A stretch of DNA of 64,000 nt from assembly GCA_023140195.1 (NCBI GenBank), contig JAGLME010000001.1, forward strand, positions 193,146 through 257,145. The letters run 5' to 3'. Origin of the DNA: Thermoplasmata archaeon (lineage in GTDB: Archaea; Thermoplasmatota; Thermoplasmata; RBG-16-68-12; SOIM01). Position numbers and translations under genes: made by a program. Positions 43,071-52,403 of this stretch are shown here, in pieces (the stretch's first letter is position 1; every line of letters begins with the position of its first letter). Below the pieces are notes generated by a model, which saw nothing but the letters and a program-made list of their open reading frames with translations, had not been told where the DNA came from and made no database searches.

Positions 43071-44483
43071 TCACCGTCTTTTCCAGCGAGGTCCGTCCTT
43101 TGTATCTTCCAGCAAAATGCCTATGTCCGCCAGCCGATCCCTTATCTCGTCCGAGACCTTGAAATCCTTCGCTTCCCTGGCCTTTCCACGCATCTCGACC
43201 AGGAAGTCCATGAGACCGTCCACGACGGTGTCCTGCTCCGTTTCCCTTCCGAAGAGACCGAGAACATCGCCTGTGGTTTCGTAGACTTCACGCACCTTCT
43301 GCAGCGTTTCACTGATCAGTCCGCTTTCGAGAGCGGTGTTGATCTTGGTGGAGAATGTGAACAGATGTGAGATCGCTTCTCTTGTGTTGAAATCGTTGTC
43401 CATGGATTCCTCGAACTTGTGCATGACTTCCTCGACGGCTTTGTCGATTTCATCATCTTGGGAGGCTCTTTCTTCCTTTGCCTGCCATTTGAGGGCGAAA
43501 TGGACGTTCTGAACGGTCTCGACCAAGCGTTCATACCCCTGCTTAGCTTCCTCCAGCAGTTCATTGGAGAAGTCCACCGGGCTTCGATAATGTGCGTTGA
43601 CCAAGAAGAACCTAAGCACCGCGGGATCATAATCCTCCAGTGCCTCCTTCACCCTCCAGAAGTTCTTCAGCGACTTGGACATCTTCTCTCCGTCAACGTT
43701 CAGGATACCCGTGTGCAGCCAATACCTGACGAACGGTTCCTTTCCTGTCAGCGCTTCTGCTTGAGCTATCTCGGATTCGTGATGCGGGAACATCAGCTCT
43801 GTGGCGCCTCCGTGGATATCGTACTGGTCACCGAAGTAAGCCATACTTATCGCAGTGTCCTCTATGTGCCATCCCGGCCTGCCTTTTCCCCATGGACTGT
43901 CCCAGGTGGGTTCTCCAGGTTTCTCCGCCTTCCAAAGCGCGAAGTCCTCCGGGTTCTTCTTGTTCTCGTCCACCTCGACCCTTGCACCTGGGCGGAGCTT
44001 CTCTAGGACCTGCTTGGAGAGTTTCCCGAAATCGGGGAACTTGTTGACCTCGAAGTAAACGTTGCCGTTCGATTCGTAAGCGAATCCCTTTTCGATCAGG
44101 CCCTTGATCTGGTCCAGGATCTCGGGGATGTACTCGGTCGCCTTGGGATAGATGTTGATGCTGTCAATGCCAAGAGCGTCCATGTCGTCCAGGAACTCCC
44201 TGAAGTACTTCTTCACCAGGTCGGGAACCGGAATATCGGATTCATTGGACCTGTTGATCAGATTGTCGTCCACGTCGGTCACGTTCTGCACGTAGAACAC
44301 GCTGTATCCTCGGTACGTGAGATACTTCGCAATCGTGTCGAAGGCGACGTAGGTCTTGGCATGGCCCAGATGTGTGTAATCGTATGGCGTGACGCCGCAC
44401 ACGAACATGCTCACTCTGTTCCCGTGGAGAGGCTCGAATTCCTCCATTTTGCGATTGAGGGTGTTGTAGACCTGTATGGTCAT
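43071..44483 (-). CDS. cysS: Cysteine--tRNA ligase
   Basis: CGVTPYD, HLGH, DFALWK, GRPGWHIEDTA, FPHHE, KMSKS. Confidence 0.96.
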   Translation of the reverse strand: MTIQVYNTLNRKMEEFEPLHGNRVSMFVCGVTPYDYTHLGHAKTYVAFDTIAKYLTYRGYSVFYVQNVTDVDDNLINRSNESDIPVPDLVKKYFREFLDDMDALGIDSINIYPKATEYIPEILDQIKGLIEKGFAYESNGNVYFEVNKFPDFGKLSKQVLEKLRPGARVEVDENKKNPEDFALWKAEKPGEPTWDSPWGKGRPGWHIEDTAISMAYFGDQYDIHGGATELMFPHHESEIAQAEALTGKEPFVRYWLHTGILNVDGEKMSKSLKNFWRVKEALEDYDPAVLRFFLVNAHYRSPVDFSNELLEEAKQGYERLVETVQNVHFALKWQAKEERASQDDEIDKAVEEVMHKFEESMDNDFNTREAISHLFTFSTKINTALESGLISETLQKVREVYETTGDVLGLFGRETEQDTVVDGLMDFLVEMRGKAREAKDFKVSDEIRDRLADIGILLEDTKDGPRWKRR

Positions 44484-44498
44484 GGTCGGAACATCCTA

Positions 44499-44571
44499 TG
44501 CCCGGGGAGGGAATCGAACCCCCAAAGAACCGATCTGCAGTCGGTCACATTAGCCACTCTGTCACCCGGGC
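44499..44571 (-). tRNA. tRNA-Cys(GCA), no intron, CCA not encoded
   Basis: Cloverleaf: acceptor GCCCGGG/CCCGGGC, anticodon arm ACCGA-CTGCAGA-TCGGT, T arm GGGGG-TTCGATT-CCCTC. Confidence 0.93.
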
Positions 44572-44645
44572 TTGGGGTAGCGGTTGCTATTATTATCATG
44601 GGTAATTAAGGTTTTTACAGTGGCCTTTGTTCCATCATATGGATG

Positions 44646-45167
44646 TCAGTACCACTTTCTGCACTGGTAACATCTCCACCTTCGGTACCGTGGGCTGTAG
44701 ACCAAAGATACCCTACACTTCGGGCAGGCGTGCTTTCCGAGGCCATACCTCGCCTTGTTCACCGCGTACTCATTCTTGAGGTTCCCAATCCTGATTCTTA
44801 TCGGAATGGCCATTATGAGCGCTACGAACAGGAATATCGTTCCGATTGGCAAATCACGGACTGTTAGACTGAAAAGGATTGGATAAAGGATGATATATGA
44901 GACGATGTTGACCCTTGTCGCCCCTCCATAGGTACCTCTGACCGCGAAGAGGCTCGAATCCCCGACCTCTCTGAGGATCCTCAGTTTCAGTATGATCGAA
45001 GAAAGAATCGATGACACTATCAAGAACACCGATCCAATGAAGAGGAACATGCCTATCGACGCAAATAGCGCCCTGACGCTGAGGATCAGCCACGAGACGA
45101 AGTAAATGGTCGCAGGCATCAGAGCTGCGAGGTTCCAAAGTAGCAGGAGGTTCGATTTCAGTGTCAA
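44646..45167 (-). CDS. 4-TM membrane protein with C-terminal zinc ribbon
   Basis: Hydrophobic helices and CPKC...WRCYQC. Confidence 0.75.
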   Translation of the reverse strand: MTLKSNLLLLWNLAALMPATIYFVSWLILSVRALFASIGMFLFIGSVFLIVSSILSSIILKLRILREVGDSSLFAVRGTYGGATRVNIVSYIILYPILFSLTVRDLPIGTIFLFVALIMAIPIRIRIGNLKNEYAVNKARYGLGKHACPKCRVSLVYSPRYRRWRCYQCRKWY

Positions 45168-45283
45168 GTGTCAACCAGCTCCGTCCATGTGTCTTGTTTC
45201 TTCGGTGCATATTTCAGGCGTTCCATCTCTATCAGATTCAGTGATATCAATATGACGCATTAGAAATCTGGTACTGAGCTTTT

Positions 45284-45448
45284 CTATTGAACCTCTATTC
45301 CTTCGAACCCCAGAAGCACTAGCGCCCCGCTTTCGAAAACGGCCACCCATTCCTCATCCGAAAGCTCCGCGCACGCCCCCCACTGGCTTCCTCCCTTGTT
45401 ACAGCGCTCTCCACATCTTATGCATCTGTTCAACATATCATCGATCAT
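45284..45448 (-). CDS. 54-aa Cys-rich small protein
   Basis: GGGGGGAGTGAC-ATG. MIDDMLNRCIRCGERCNKGGSQWGACAELSDEEWVAVFESGALVLLGFEGIEVQ. Confidence 0.55.
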   Translation of the reverse strand: MIDDMLNRCIRCGERCNKGGSQWGACAELSDEEWVAVFESGALVLLGFEGIEVQ

Positions 45449-45492
45449 GTCACTCCCCCCTAGATTCGTTACAGTGAAATGAAAGAGGATAA

Positions 45493-45521
45493 GGCCCGCG
45501 ACTTCATGCAGAACGCGGGCC
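45493..45521 (-). terminator. GC-rich hairpin followed by a pyrimidine tract on the minus strand
   Basis: Perfect 8-bp inverted repeat GGCCCGCG/CGCGGGCC, followed by TTATCCTCTTTCATTT on the minus strand. Confidence 0.45.
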
Positions 45522-45523
45522 GT

Positions 45524-45625
45524 TTGCTAGATATTTCCCCCTGAGTCCTCAGCGTGGTGCCGCCGGTGGGAGGGGGCCTTGGTAGGTTGAGCCGCCCCAC
45601 TGGCGCTAACTCGGATATCTAGCAA
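45524..45625. ncRNA. Long intergenic stem-loop (putative structured RNA)
   Basis: 11-bp perfect outer stem TTGCTAGATAT/ATATCTAGCAA and inner stem GCCGGTGGG/CCCACTGGC. Confidence 0.4.
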
Positions 45626-45693
45626 TCACCTCCGTAATTCGCATTGCTATCACAGACTAACCTGGACTTGATGGCGAAACATTCTTTCTTCAA
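45619..45693 (-). CDS. Putative 24-aa leader peptide (3 Cys)
   Basis: GAGGGGGAGTC-TTG. MKKECFAIKSRLVCDSNANYGGDC. Confidence 0.3.
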   Translation of the reverse strand: MKKECFAIKSRLVCDSNANYGGDC

Positions 45694-45894
45694 GACTCCC
45701 CCTCGCTGGCCACAATCCCTGGAGAATGAGCGAATCCTCCCTCCTCACCTCCACCGTTCTTAAAGGCAGTCATCGATACTCGAAATCCTATATTAGTCTT
45801 ACGCCTGTTTGATTGTCGATATGCCATACTGTATGAATTTCCATCTACTTATTCGCACAGATGGACTCTGGTATCGGCTCTCACATGCGCGGAT

Positions 45895-47526
45895 CTATTT
45901 CCTCACCTTCAGAATATACACGTCCTCCTGGGCTGCTGTGTTGGTGTAGATCAAGTGATTGTCCCGAATCGTGTTCCTGAAAGCAGTGTCATCGACAACC
46001 ACAGCTCCTCCCGGATGTAGTTGCGCCCCGACTGAAGTCCATCTATCTTCCAAAAGGAGGTAATCGTAGGATTCGATGCTCAAGTCATTGACCAACCTGG
46101 GGGGCAGAAAACCATCTCCTTCCCCTCCGTAGAACCCGCCGATGGTGTACGACACCCTCTGCTCAGTCCCAAGCACGTAGAGCTGATGCTGGTCCACAAA
46201 GGTCATGCTTTCGAACTCGTATTGGTACGTGGTGTTCTCAACATCGAAGAAATGAACGCTGCCGTATGCGAAAGGTGTGGTGAGCAGGATCAGGGAAAGA
46301 GTTCCCGCGGCGATGCCGGCCTTCGTGAACTTGCTTTTGGCCCTGGCAATGGAATAGGAAACCGCGATCCCGATCGATATCGCAAGCGCCACATCAATGA
46401 AATCAAACGACCTGTACAACAGAACGAACGATACCGGGTCCAATCCCCAAAGGAAGGAGAATAGCATTACCGAGATGGGCGCCATGAAACCGGCCACAAC
46501 AAGGGCTCTGTAGCGCGTCTCAGTGTTCCTAATCACGTTCAAGCCGGCCAGGCCTATGAAAAGCAGGATGAGATATGGGATTGACCATAAAAGCAGGTCC
46601 GATTTCGTCTGCAATGTTCCTGCAAAAATGTCAGTGAAATGGTTCAGCACAAGCAGAAAGATCGCGCCCAACAAGAACAAAGCCTTCTGATCGAAGAACT
46701 TGGGTAGCACCCTCTTCTCGTGGGAGTAGAAGAACCAAGGTCTCATCCTCGAAGGTGATGAAAGGTAGATGGATAGAAGGGCCATAATGAAGTACACTGA
46801 GAGGAAAAGAGCAACTGCATTGACATTCGCAACGTCCAAGAAGAATGGCATGTCGACCGAGATGTAGAACCAGAAGAGGAACATGATGAGGAGGGGTCCA
46901 AGGCACACATCCAAGGTGAAGTCTGTGGCCTTCCAGGTGCCATCCTTCAATCTCTGGATGTTCTGTGCGGCCATTATCAGCGTTATCATGGAGAAGACCA
47001 TCAGCGATGTCAAGTGATGCAACAGAGGCATCAGGATAAGGAGAAAAGCGCAAAGCAGCCTCTTTCTCGGATCTTCCCTTTCATAGTACAGATAGAGAAT
47101 CAGCGGAAGTAGGGTGAAGCCCAAAGCTTGCTTCATCACCGCCGCTGTGAGAAAGACGTAGAACCCGCAGAGGGCGAGGAAAAGGCCGGCGAAGACGGCC
47201 GCTGTCCTGCTCTGGGTTATCTTGTAGGCGAGAACGTACACCAGGACGACGGACATGGAAGTCATAAGAGGGATGAGGATCTGGACGAAGTACAGGGGTT
47301 CCTCCGAACTGATGAGGGAGGCCATGGTTATGATCATGCCGAAGATGGGTAGCTTGGTGTTGTACTCGCCCATGGTCCACTCGCCGCTGGAAATGACGTC
47401 GTTGCTGATCTTGGCCAGGGGAAAACCGTCTATGTTGTAGGGCAATGAAGAGAACAGAAGAGGCACGAGCCTGATGGCTAAGGCGGTGAAATAGAGGAAG
47501 AGTATGGGTACTAGATGCTTTCTCAC
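45895..47526 (-). CDS. Polytopic membrane protein, GT-C glycosyltransferase-like
   Basis: About 13 TM helices, acidic motif PYNIDGF after TM1, HHLTS motif, soluble C-terminal domain. Confidence 0.6.
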   Translation of the reverse strand: MRKHLVPILFLYFTALAIRLVPLLFSSLPYNIDGFPLAKISNDVISSGEWTMGEYNTKLPIFGMIITMASLISSEEPLYFVQILIPLMTSMSVVLVYVLAYKITQSRTAAVFAGLFLALCGFYVFLTAAVMKQALGFTLLPLILYLYYEREDPRKRLLCAFLLILMPLLHHLTSLMVFSMITLIMAAQNIQRLKDGTWKATDFTLDVCLGPLLIMFLFWFYISVDMPFFLDVANVNAVALFLSVYFIMALLSIYLSSPSRMRPWFFYSHEKRVLPKFFDQKALFLLGAIFLLVLNHFTDIFAGTLQTKSDLLLWSIPYLILLFIGLAGLNVIRNTETRYRALVVAGFMAPISVMLFSFLWGLDPVSFVLLYRSFDFIDVALAISIGIAVSYSIARAKSKFTKAGIAAGTLSLILLTTPFAYGSVHFFDVENTTYQYEFESMTFVDQHQLYVLGTEQRVSYTIGGFYGGEGDGFLPPRLVNDLSIESYDYLLLEDRWTSVGAQLHPGGAVVVDDTAFRNTIRDNHLIYTNTAAQEDVYILKVRK

Positions 47527-48731
47527 TCTGAGAGCACCTCCTCCAGTCTTTTCTCCTTGATTGTGCTGGATTCTATTCTTCTGATAAGTGTGATCGGCTT
47601 CTCGCGGCTCACCAGCTCATGGATCAGCAGGCCGAGGATGATTGTTAGGGACAGGCCGAGGATGAACATGCCCAGTACGATTTCCACGCCAGAGGCAGGC
47701 TGGACCGCGTGTCCGAACAGAAGCAGGATGCCCGTGGAACCCACTAGGCCTGCAACCAGGAATCCTACACCAAGCCCCACGAGAACCGAAACCAGAGAGA
47801 TCTTGGCAAGGTCCTTGAAGAGCATCGTGCTCACTTGGCCTCTTGTCGCACCTATGGCTGAGAGAATCCCTATGTCCTTCTTCTTCTCGATGAGAGCTTT
47901 GGAAAGCACGGCGATTATCCCTAGCAATATGAGGGAGCTGTTCAGAACTATGAAGGCCATCACTACCAGGCTAACGCTGTTTCCCGCCTGCTGCACGAAC
48001 GCGCTGGTGTGGGCAATACCTCTCTGTCCGCCCAGTTCTGGGTTCTGGAAGATCAACGTCGCGACCCTTGCGTCAAAGATCACATTGCTGTTCAGTACGA
48101 CGGAGCGCTTCCCATCCCCCAGGACCATTGGGTATCCAGTTGCATTTAGGTATGTGCGCAGTCTGTCATAATCGTCTGTTCTCACTCTGATCGAGACGAC
48201 ATGGCCTTTGCCAAGAGGTGATATCATCCATCCGTGAGTGAGCGGGACAAGAAGCTCATCGTTCGATGGGCTATCGCTTCTGTAGATGCCTGTGAGTTGC
48301 CGTTCTGTGATCTTGGGGCCCACGGAACCCGTTATCACAAGTTGGTCTCCATTCCTCAACCCCAGTCGGTTGCTGAGCGCCTCACCCACAAGCACGAATT
48401 CCTCGGTGATCTCTCCCTCAACCAGCCTAGCACCTTCGATCTCAAGGAAACTTGAGGCCTCGACTCCCCTGACCACGACAGGGTTGTCCTTGACGATACA
48501 GAATGCATAGACCTCTGGGCTCACGACGTCGACCCAGCTCTCGTTCTTAAGTCGCTCTGCCAGTTCTATCTCTATCGGCTTGTCGTTGGTGACCTGGGAG
48601 ATGACGTACACACTCTCGCCATAGAAGGTCTCCTGAGGGAAGTTGGATATTCCCAAGAGAAGCGGTATGGATGCACTGAGAAGCGCAATGCAAAGTCCCA
48701 GACCAATGGCGGTTCTCCATTTTATGAGGAT
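47523..48731 (-). CDS. FtsX/LolE-like ABC permease (probable ATC start)
   Basis: EKKKDIGILSAIGA. The first TM helix lies upstream of TTG 48656, and AAGGAGG is 8 nt before ATC 48731. Confidence 0.82.
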   Translation of the reverse strand: MLIKWRTAIGLGLCIALLSASIPLLLGISNFPQETFYGESVYVISQVTNDKPIEIELAERLKNESWVDVVSPEVYAFCIVKDNPVVVRGVEASSFLEIEGARLVEGEITEEFVLVGEALSNRLGLRNGDQLVITGSVGPKITERQLTGIYRSDSPSNDELLVPLTHGWMISPLGKGHVVSIRVRTDDYDRLRTYLNATGYPMVLGDGKRSVVLNSNVIFDARVATLIFQNPELGGQRGIAHTSAFVQQAGNSVSLVVMAFIVLNSSLILLGIIAVLSKALIEKKKDIGILSAIGATRGQVSTMLFKDLAKISLVSVLVGLGVGFLVAGLVGSTGILLLFGHAVQPASGVEIVLGMFILGLSLTIILGLLIHELVSREKPITLIRRIESSTIKEKRLEEVLSE

Positions 48732-49825
48732 GCTGGAACCCTCCTTGTCCTTCTAGCACCTGAGGCCAGATACGCGGGGAAAATGCCCCCGATCAGACCG
48801 AAGACCATTGCGACGATTATCGGAACAACAACCGAATTGAATGTCATCTGTGGAGTGATGAAGCTCGTGAAGCCGAAGAGAGAGGACCAAGAACTGATGA
48901 AGTTCGTGGACACTATGCCCATGGAGACCCCCAGGAGGGCGCCGAGAAGGGAAATGAACAGAGCTTGACCTAAGAAAACGGACATCACCAGGCCAGGACT
49001 TGCGCCGATCTGGCTCATTATCTTGATGTCCTTTTCCCTGTATCTCACTTCAATGCCAAGTAGGCTGAAAACGAGTATGGTTATCACAATGGCCGAAGAG
49101 AAGATTATCCCCCAGAGATTGCCCGCCACCTCCGACATCCCCCTGTCGAAGAACTCGACGGTACCAGTCGTCGGAACTGCGTGATAGCCTTGCGACTTCA
49201 GATAGTTGATGTCACCCTGGTTCTCCAGGGGGACCAACAGAAACGATAGTTCCATCGGCGGATCGTCGGTGAGGTTCGAGATGATGGTTGGGTGGACAAC
49301 CGCCCAGTCATCTGAGAACATGCCCACGCCCGAGGCTCTGTAGACCGAGAGAGTCTCGTTCTCTCCCTGATATTCCAGCGTGATCAGTGAACCGCGGGAA
49401 GCCGAGAGATTGTGTTCCAAGATATTCTCTTTCAGGTTCCGTCCGATTCGTATGTTCTCCGTTGTGAAGTTCTTCAAGTCCATGTTGAGCAGGTTGTCTG
49501 GGTCTTCACATGCGACAACGTAGCTCTCATCCACAAACACATATTGAGCTAGGATTGAAACCTCCAACGCCCAACACGAAGTCACGTTCGATTCGAGTTG
49601 CAGGAGGGCGCTTTCGTCGATCGCACTGCTGGCGAGTGAATCACCTTCGAATACTAGATAGGGTCCTTGATTGACCCTCGCAGCGAGAGCCTCTGTCCCC
49701 ACATCCAGCCCCTCGACCATCGATGTCGTCCCGTTTAGATACATGACGCAGGCTGCCACACCAATTACGGTCACCAGGACCCTCCAGTTCATCCTGGTTG
49801 CCATTTTCACAAAGACGTTCTTCAT
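48722..49825 (-). CDS. FtsX/LolE-like ABC permease
   Basis: N-terminal TM, extracytoplasmic domain, REKDIKIMSQIGA, three C-terminal TM helices. Confidence 0.85.
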   Translation of the reverse strand: MKNVFVKMATRMNWRVLVTVIGVAACVMYLNGTTSMVEGLDVGTEALAARVNQGPYLVFEGDSLASSAIDESALLQLESNVTSCWALEVSILAQYVFVDESYVVACEDPDNLLNMDLKNFTTENIRIGRNLKENILEHNLSASRGSLITLEYQGENETLSVYRASGVGMFSDDWAVVHPTIISNLTDDPPMELSFLLVPLENQGDINYLKSQGYHAVPTTGTVEFFDRGMSEVAGNLWGIIFSSAIVITILVFSLLGIEVRYREKDIKIMSQIGASPGLVMSVFLGQALFISLLGALLGVSMGIVSTNFISSWSSLFGFTSFITPQMTFNSVVVPIIVAMVFGLIGGIFPAYLASGARRTRRVPASS

Positions 49826-49883
49826 CTGCCCCCCTATGTGGATAGATTTTTAACCAGATATGCGGATATGAGCAAGGAAATGG

Positions 49884-50588
49884 GTGCATAAAGAAATATC
49901 GGTGGATGTAATGGGGGAGCTTGCGTTAATAGCCGATTCCGTTTCAAAAGTGTACGATGGTAACGTCGAGATTCTGAGGGATGTCGATCTCGAGGTCGCC
50001 AAGGGGGAGATGATTCTCCTATGGGGCCGAAACGGAAGCGGGAAGACGACCCTTCTCAACCTGCTGGGGTGCATGGACACGCCGACAAAAGGAAGAATAC
50101 TTGTCGATGGGCAGGACACTAGCAGACTGTCCCAAAAGCAACTGGCCAGGCTCAGACTGCGTCAAATTGGATACGTCTTCCAATCCCACAACCTGATTGA
50201 GGACCTGACCGTCAGAGAGAACGTCTATCTTCCATTGAGGATCGCCAAAAGCAAGAATGCTGAACAAAGGGTGAAAAGCCTCTTGAAGACTTTCGGAATA
50301 GATGCCCTCTCCCGAAAAAGGCCGAATGAGATCAGCGGTGGGGAGAGCCAGAAAGCTGCCATTTGCAGGGCCCTTGCGAACAATCCCTCCGTCATGCTGG
50401 CCGATGAGCCGACAGCGTCACTGGATTCAGAAAGTTGCGGTATTGTGCTGGACGCTTTCAAAATGATTAGAGAGAACTTCGATACGACTATAGTGGTCGC
50501 ATCACACGATCCTTTGCTATACGACCACATAGAGAAGAAGTACTTCCTTTTTGATGGGAGGCTCAAGACCGAACCTAAAGAGGTCTAG
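49884..50588 (+). CDS. LolD/MacB-type ABC ATP-binding protein
   Basis: GRNGSGKT, FQSHNL, ISGGE, ADEPT, SHD. Confidence 0.95.
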   Translation: MHKEISVDVMGELALIADSVSKVYDGNVEILRDVDLEVAKGEMILLWGRNGSGKTTLLNLLGCMDTPTKGRILVDGQDTSRLSQKQLARLRLRQIGYVFQSHNLIEDLTVRENVYLPLRIAKSKNAEQRVKSLLKTFGIDALSRKRPNEISGGESQKAAICRALANNPSVMLADEPTASLDSESCGIVLDAFKMIRENFDTTIVVASHDPLLYDHIEKKYFLFDGRLKTEPKEV

Positions 50589-50634
50589 CCTGTATCGGAC
50601 ATTGACAAGAATACTACGAAGGCAAGTGAATTAG

Positions 50635-51138
50635 ATGTTTCCACTGGGACATGCAGGAATTACGCTGGCTCTGGCAGTCGGATTGGCTTATGTTCTGAAG
50701 AAGGAATGGGAGCCAAAGATGTTCCTGCTAGCTGTTGTAGTTGGTGCTTGGCTTCCGGATATTATTGACAAACCGGTCGGTGTTCTGTTAGGTTATGCTG
50801 GTGGCGGGAGGCTTGTTGCGCATTCTCTCTTGTTCGCTGTGACATTCACACTTCTTGCACTTTCAATCAACAGATTCGGTAAATCCAAGTCTGGGAGATG
50901 GAATGCACTGGTTTCACATGTCCCGTTCGTCGCGTTCGGATCGTGGATGCATCTCGTTTTGGACGAGATCTGGTGGAACCCAGGGGTTCTTCTCTGGCCG
51001 GGGTATGGGTGGGGGTTTCCAATAGGAGAAGAGTTTGACTTGATTAGCGTCCTTCTTACCCCGGTTGTGCTGATAGGTGAGGTCGTGGGTGGAGTGATAC
51101 TCGTTGGCTTTGTGGTTTGGAATTTCCGGTTGAAGTGA
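50635..51138 (+). CDS. YdjM-like membrane metal-dependent hydrolase
   Basis: GH, LPDIIDKP, HSLLF, HLVLD, LLWP. Confidence 0.88.
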   Translation: MFPLGHAGITLALAVGLAYVLKKEWEPKMFLLAVVVGAWLPDIIDKPVGVLLGYAGGGRLVAHSLLFAVTFTLLALSINRFGKSKSGRWNALVSHVPFVAFGSWMHLVLDEIWWNPGVLLWPGYGWGFPIGEEFDLISVLLTPVVLIGEVVGGVILVGFVVWNFRLK

Positions 51139-51374
51139 AGGACAGAGCCGAGCCTGTTCAGAGCTCTAGAACCCCTCCGATGCGTGTAGCAAGTGGATGA
51201 ATCATCTGGTGACATCGCCATACCGCAGTTCTGCGGCGAAAAATAGGAAATCTTTAGGAATCGACAGATTCATGGCATCACAAGGGGGAGAGGTTTTGTT
51301 CCTCCTTTGCCTCTAGCTCCCTATCCAGCTCATCACAATTCTATGGTCTGTGAGACGGGAAGGAGGATTCTTGA

Positions 51375-51773
51375 TCAGACCTCAAGGAGCTCCTTCACCC
51401 ATGAGTAGAATCTTTCTGTTTCCTTCAAAGCAACGTCCGCGATCTTCCTTGAGAGAAGGGTTTCAGTATACTCAGCTTTCGTCTTCTGGCTGAGCACATT
51501 GGAAAACTGTTTCATTTTTGAAGAAATCACACCGCTTTCGAAGGGCAATTGGCGAAGTAGCGGGAGGACATCAGAGTGTCTTTCACCGGTGCTTCTTATG
51601 CCGAGATAGAAGACGAGAAGGGCATCGGCCGAGTTGATGCAGCAGTGAACAGAGTTCCCCACAGCCGAATTCCAATGTTCCCTTTCAAGGGCATTCTTCG
51701 CGGACTGGAGATATTCGTCCGCCTTCTGTAGAAAATTCCGATACTTCGATTTGGAGACTTTCCGGGTTCTCAT
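51375..51773 (-). CDS. HEPN-domain protein
   Basis: KADEYLQSA...INSADA...H...KTKAEY. ATGA overlap with the MNT gene. Confidence 0.85.
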   Translation of the reverse strand: MRTRKVSKSKYRNFLQKADEYLQSAKNALEREHWNSAVGNSVHCCINSADALLVFYLGIRSTGERHSDVLPLLRQLPFESGVISSKMKQFSNVLSQKTKAEYTETLLSRKIADVALKETERFYSWVKELLEV

Positions 51774-52366
51774 AGCAGCTCCTCCAAAGACCTCCCACGT
51801 ACGTGAATATGGCTCTTTTTGGTTTCCTCGATCAGGCCTGAGTTTTCCGAACGCTTCAGCTCAGATGGACTAAGAACCAGAGCGGATAAGGGGTTGCCGT
51901 AGGCCTTGGATATTACAAGTTGAAGCCTGCCGATTATGTCCATCACTTCTCTTTTCTTACTGGTAACCACGAGCACGTCGATGTCGCTCGAGGTCTCTTC
52001 CTCGCCGCGAGCGACACTTCCGAATAGAAAAACCGAAGCTGAGGTACCCTCGAAAGCTTTTCCGATTCTCCGAACTAGTTCTGACCGCGCACCAGACTCA
52101 CCTTCGAAAAGGGGCTGGAGATCCTCGATCAATGGAGATTCTTTGTTCAACGAGATGACGTAGGCTCTCCCGTGGGAGGATATGGTGACGAGGTTGAAGG
52201 CTTCGAGTGCTTTCAGAGCTTTGAGAGCGCCAGGATGCGAGAGGTCAGCGAATGAGGCGAGCTCTCTTCCGGTGAAACGGCGATCTGGATAGCGAAGGAG
52301 GATCCTGAGAACGGATGTCTTGGCAGGGGATGCGATTAGATTCTCGACGTAGTTCTGGAATTTCAT
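51770..52366 (-). CDS. HTH-fused minimal nucleotidyltransferase (MNT antitoxin-like)
   Basis: N-terminal wHTH (FTGRELA) and LFGSVARG...SDIDV. Confidence 0.88.
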   Translation of the reverse strand: MKFQNYVENLIASPAKTSVLRILLRYPDRRFTGRELASFADLSHPGALKALKALEAFNLVTISSHGRAYVISLNKESPLIEDLQPLFEGESGARSELVRRIGKAFEGTSASVFLFGSVARGEEETSSDIDVLVVTSKKREVMDIIGRLQLVISKAYGNPLSALVLSPSELKRSENSGLIEETKKSHIHVRGRSLEELL

Positions 52367-52403
52367 GGTAACGATTGTTAATATATGGTAACTGTTGTTA
52401 ATA
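52365..52403. promoter_or_regulatory. Tandem palindromic operator over the MNT-HEPN promoter
   Basis: ATGGTAACGATTGTTAATA and ATGGTAACTGTTGTTAATA (period 20), each containing TAAC-N4-GTTA, overlapping the TATA-like TTTATTAA. Confidence 0.7.

Noticed and set aside
45532-45543. 12-mer TATTTCCCCCTG shared with the leader at 60387-60398
   Set aside because: It is a short SD-like purine run with no flanking similarity and may be chance.
44499-45900. tRNA as an integration site for a mobile element
   Set aside because: The tRNA 3' end abuts cysS. No integrase or duplicated tRNA 3' fragment was found.
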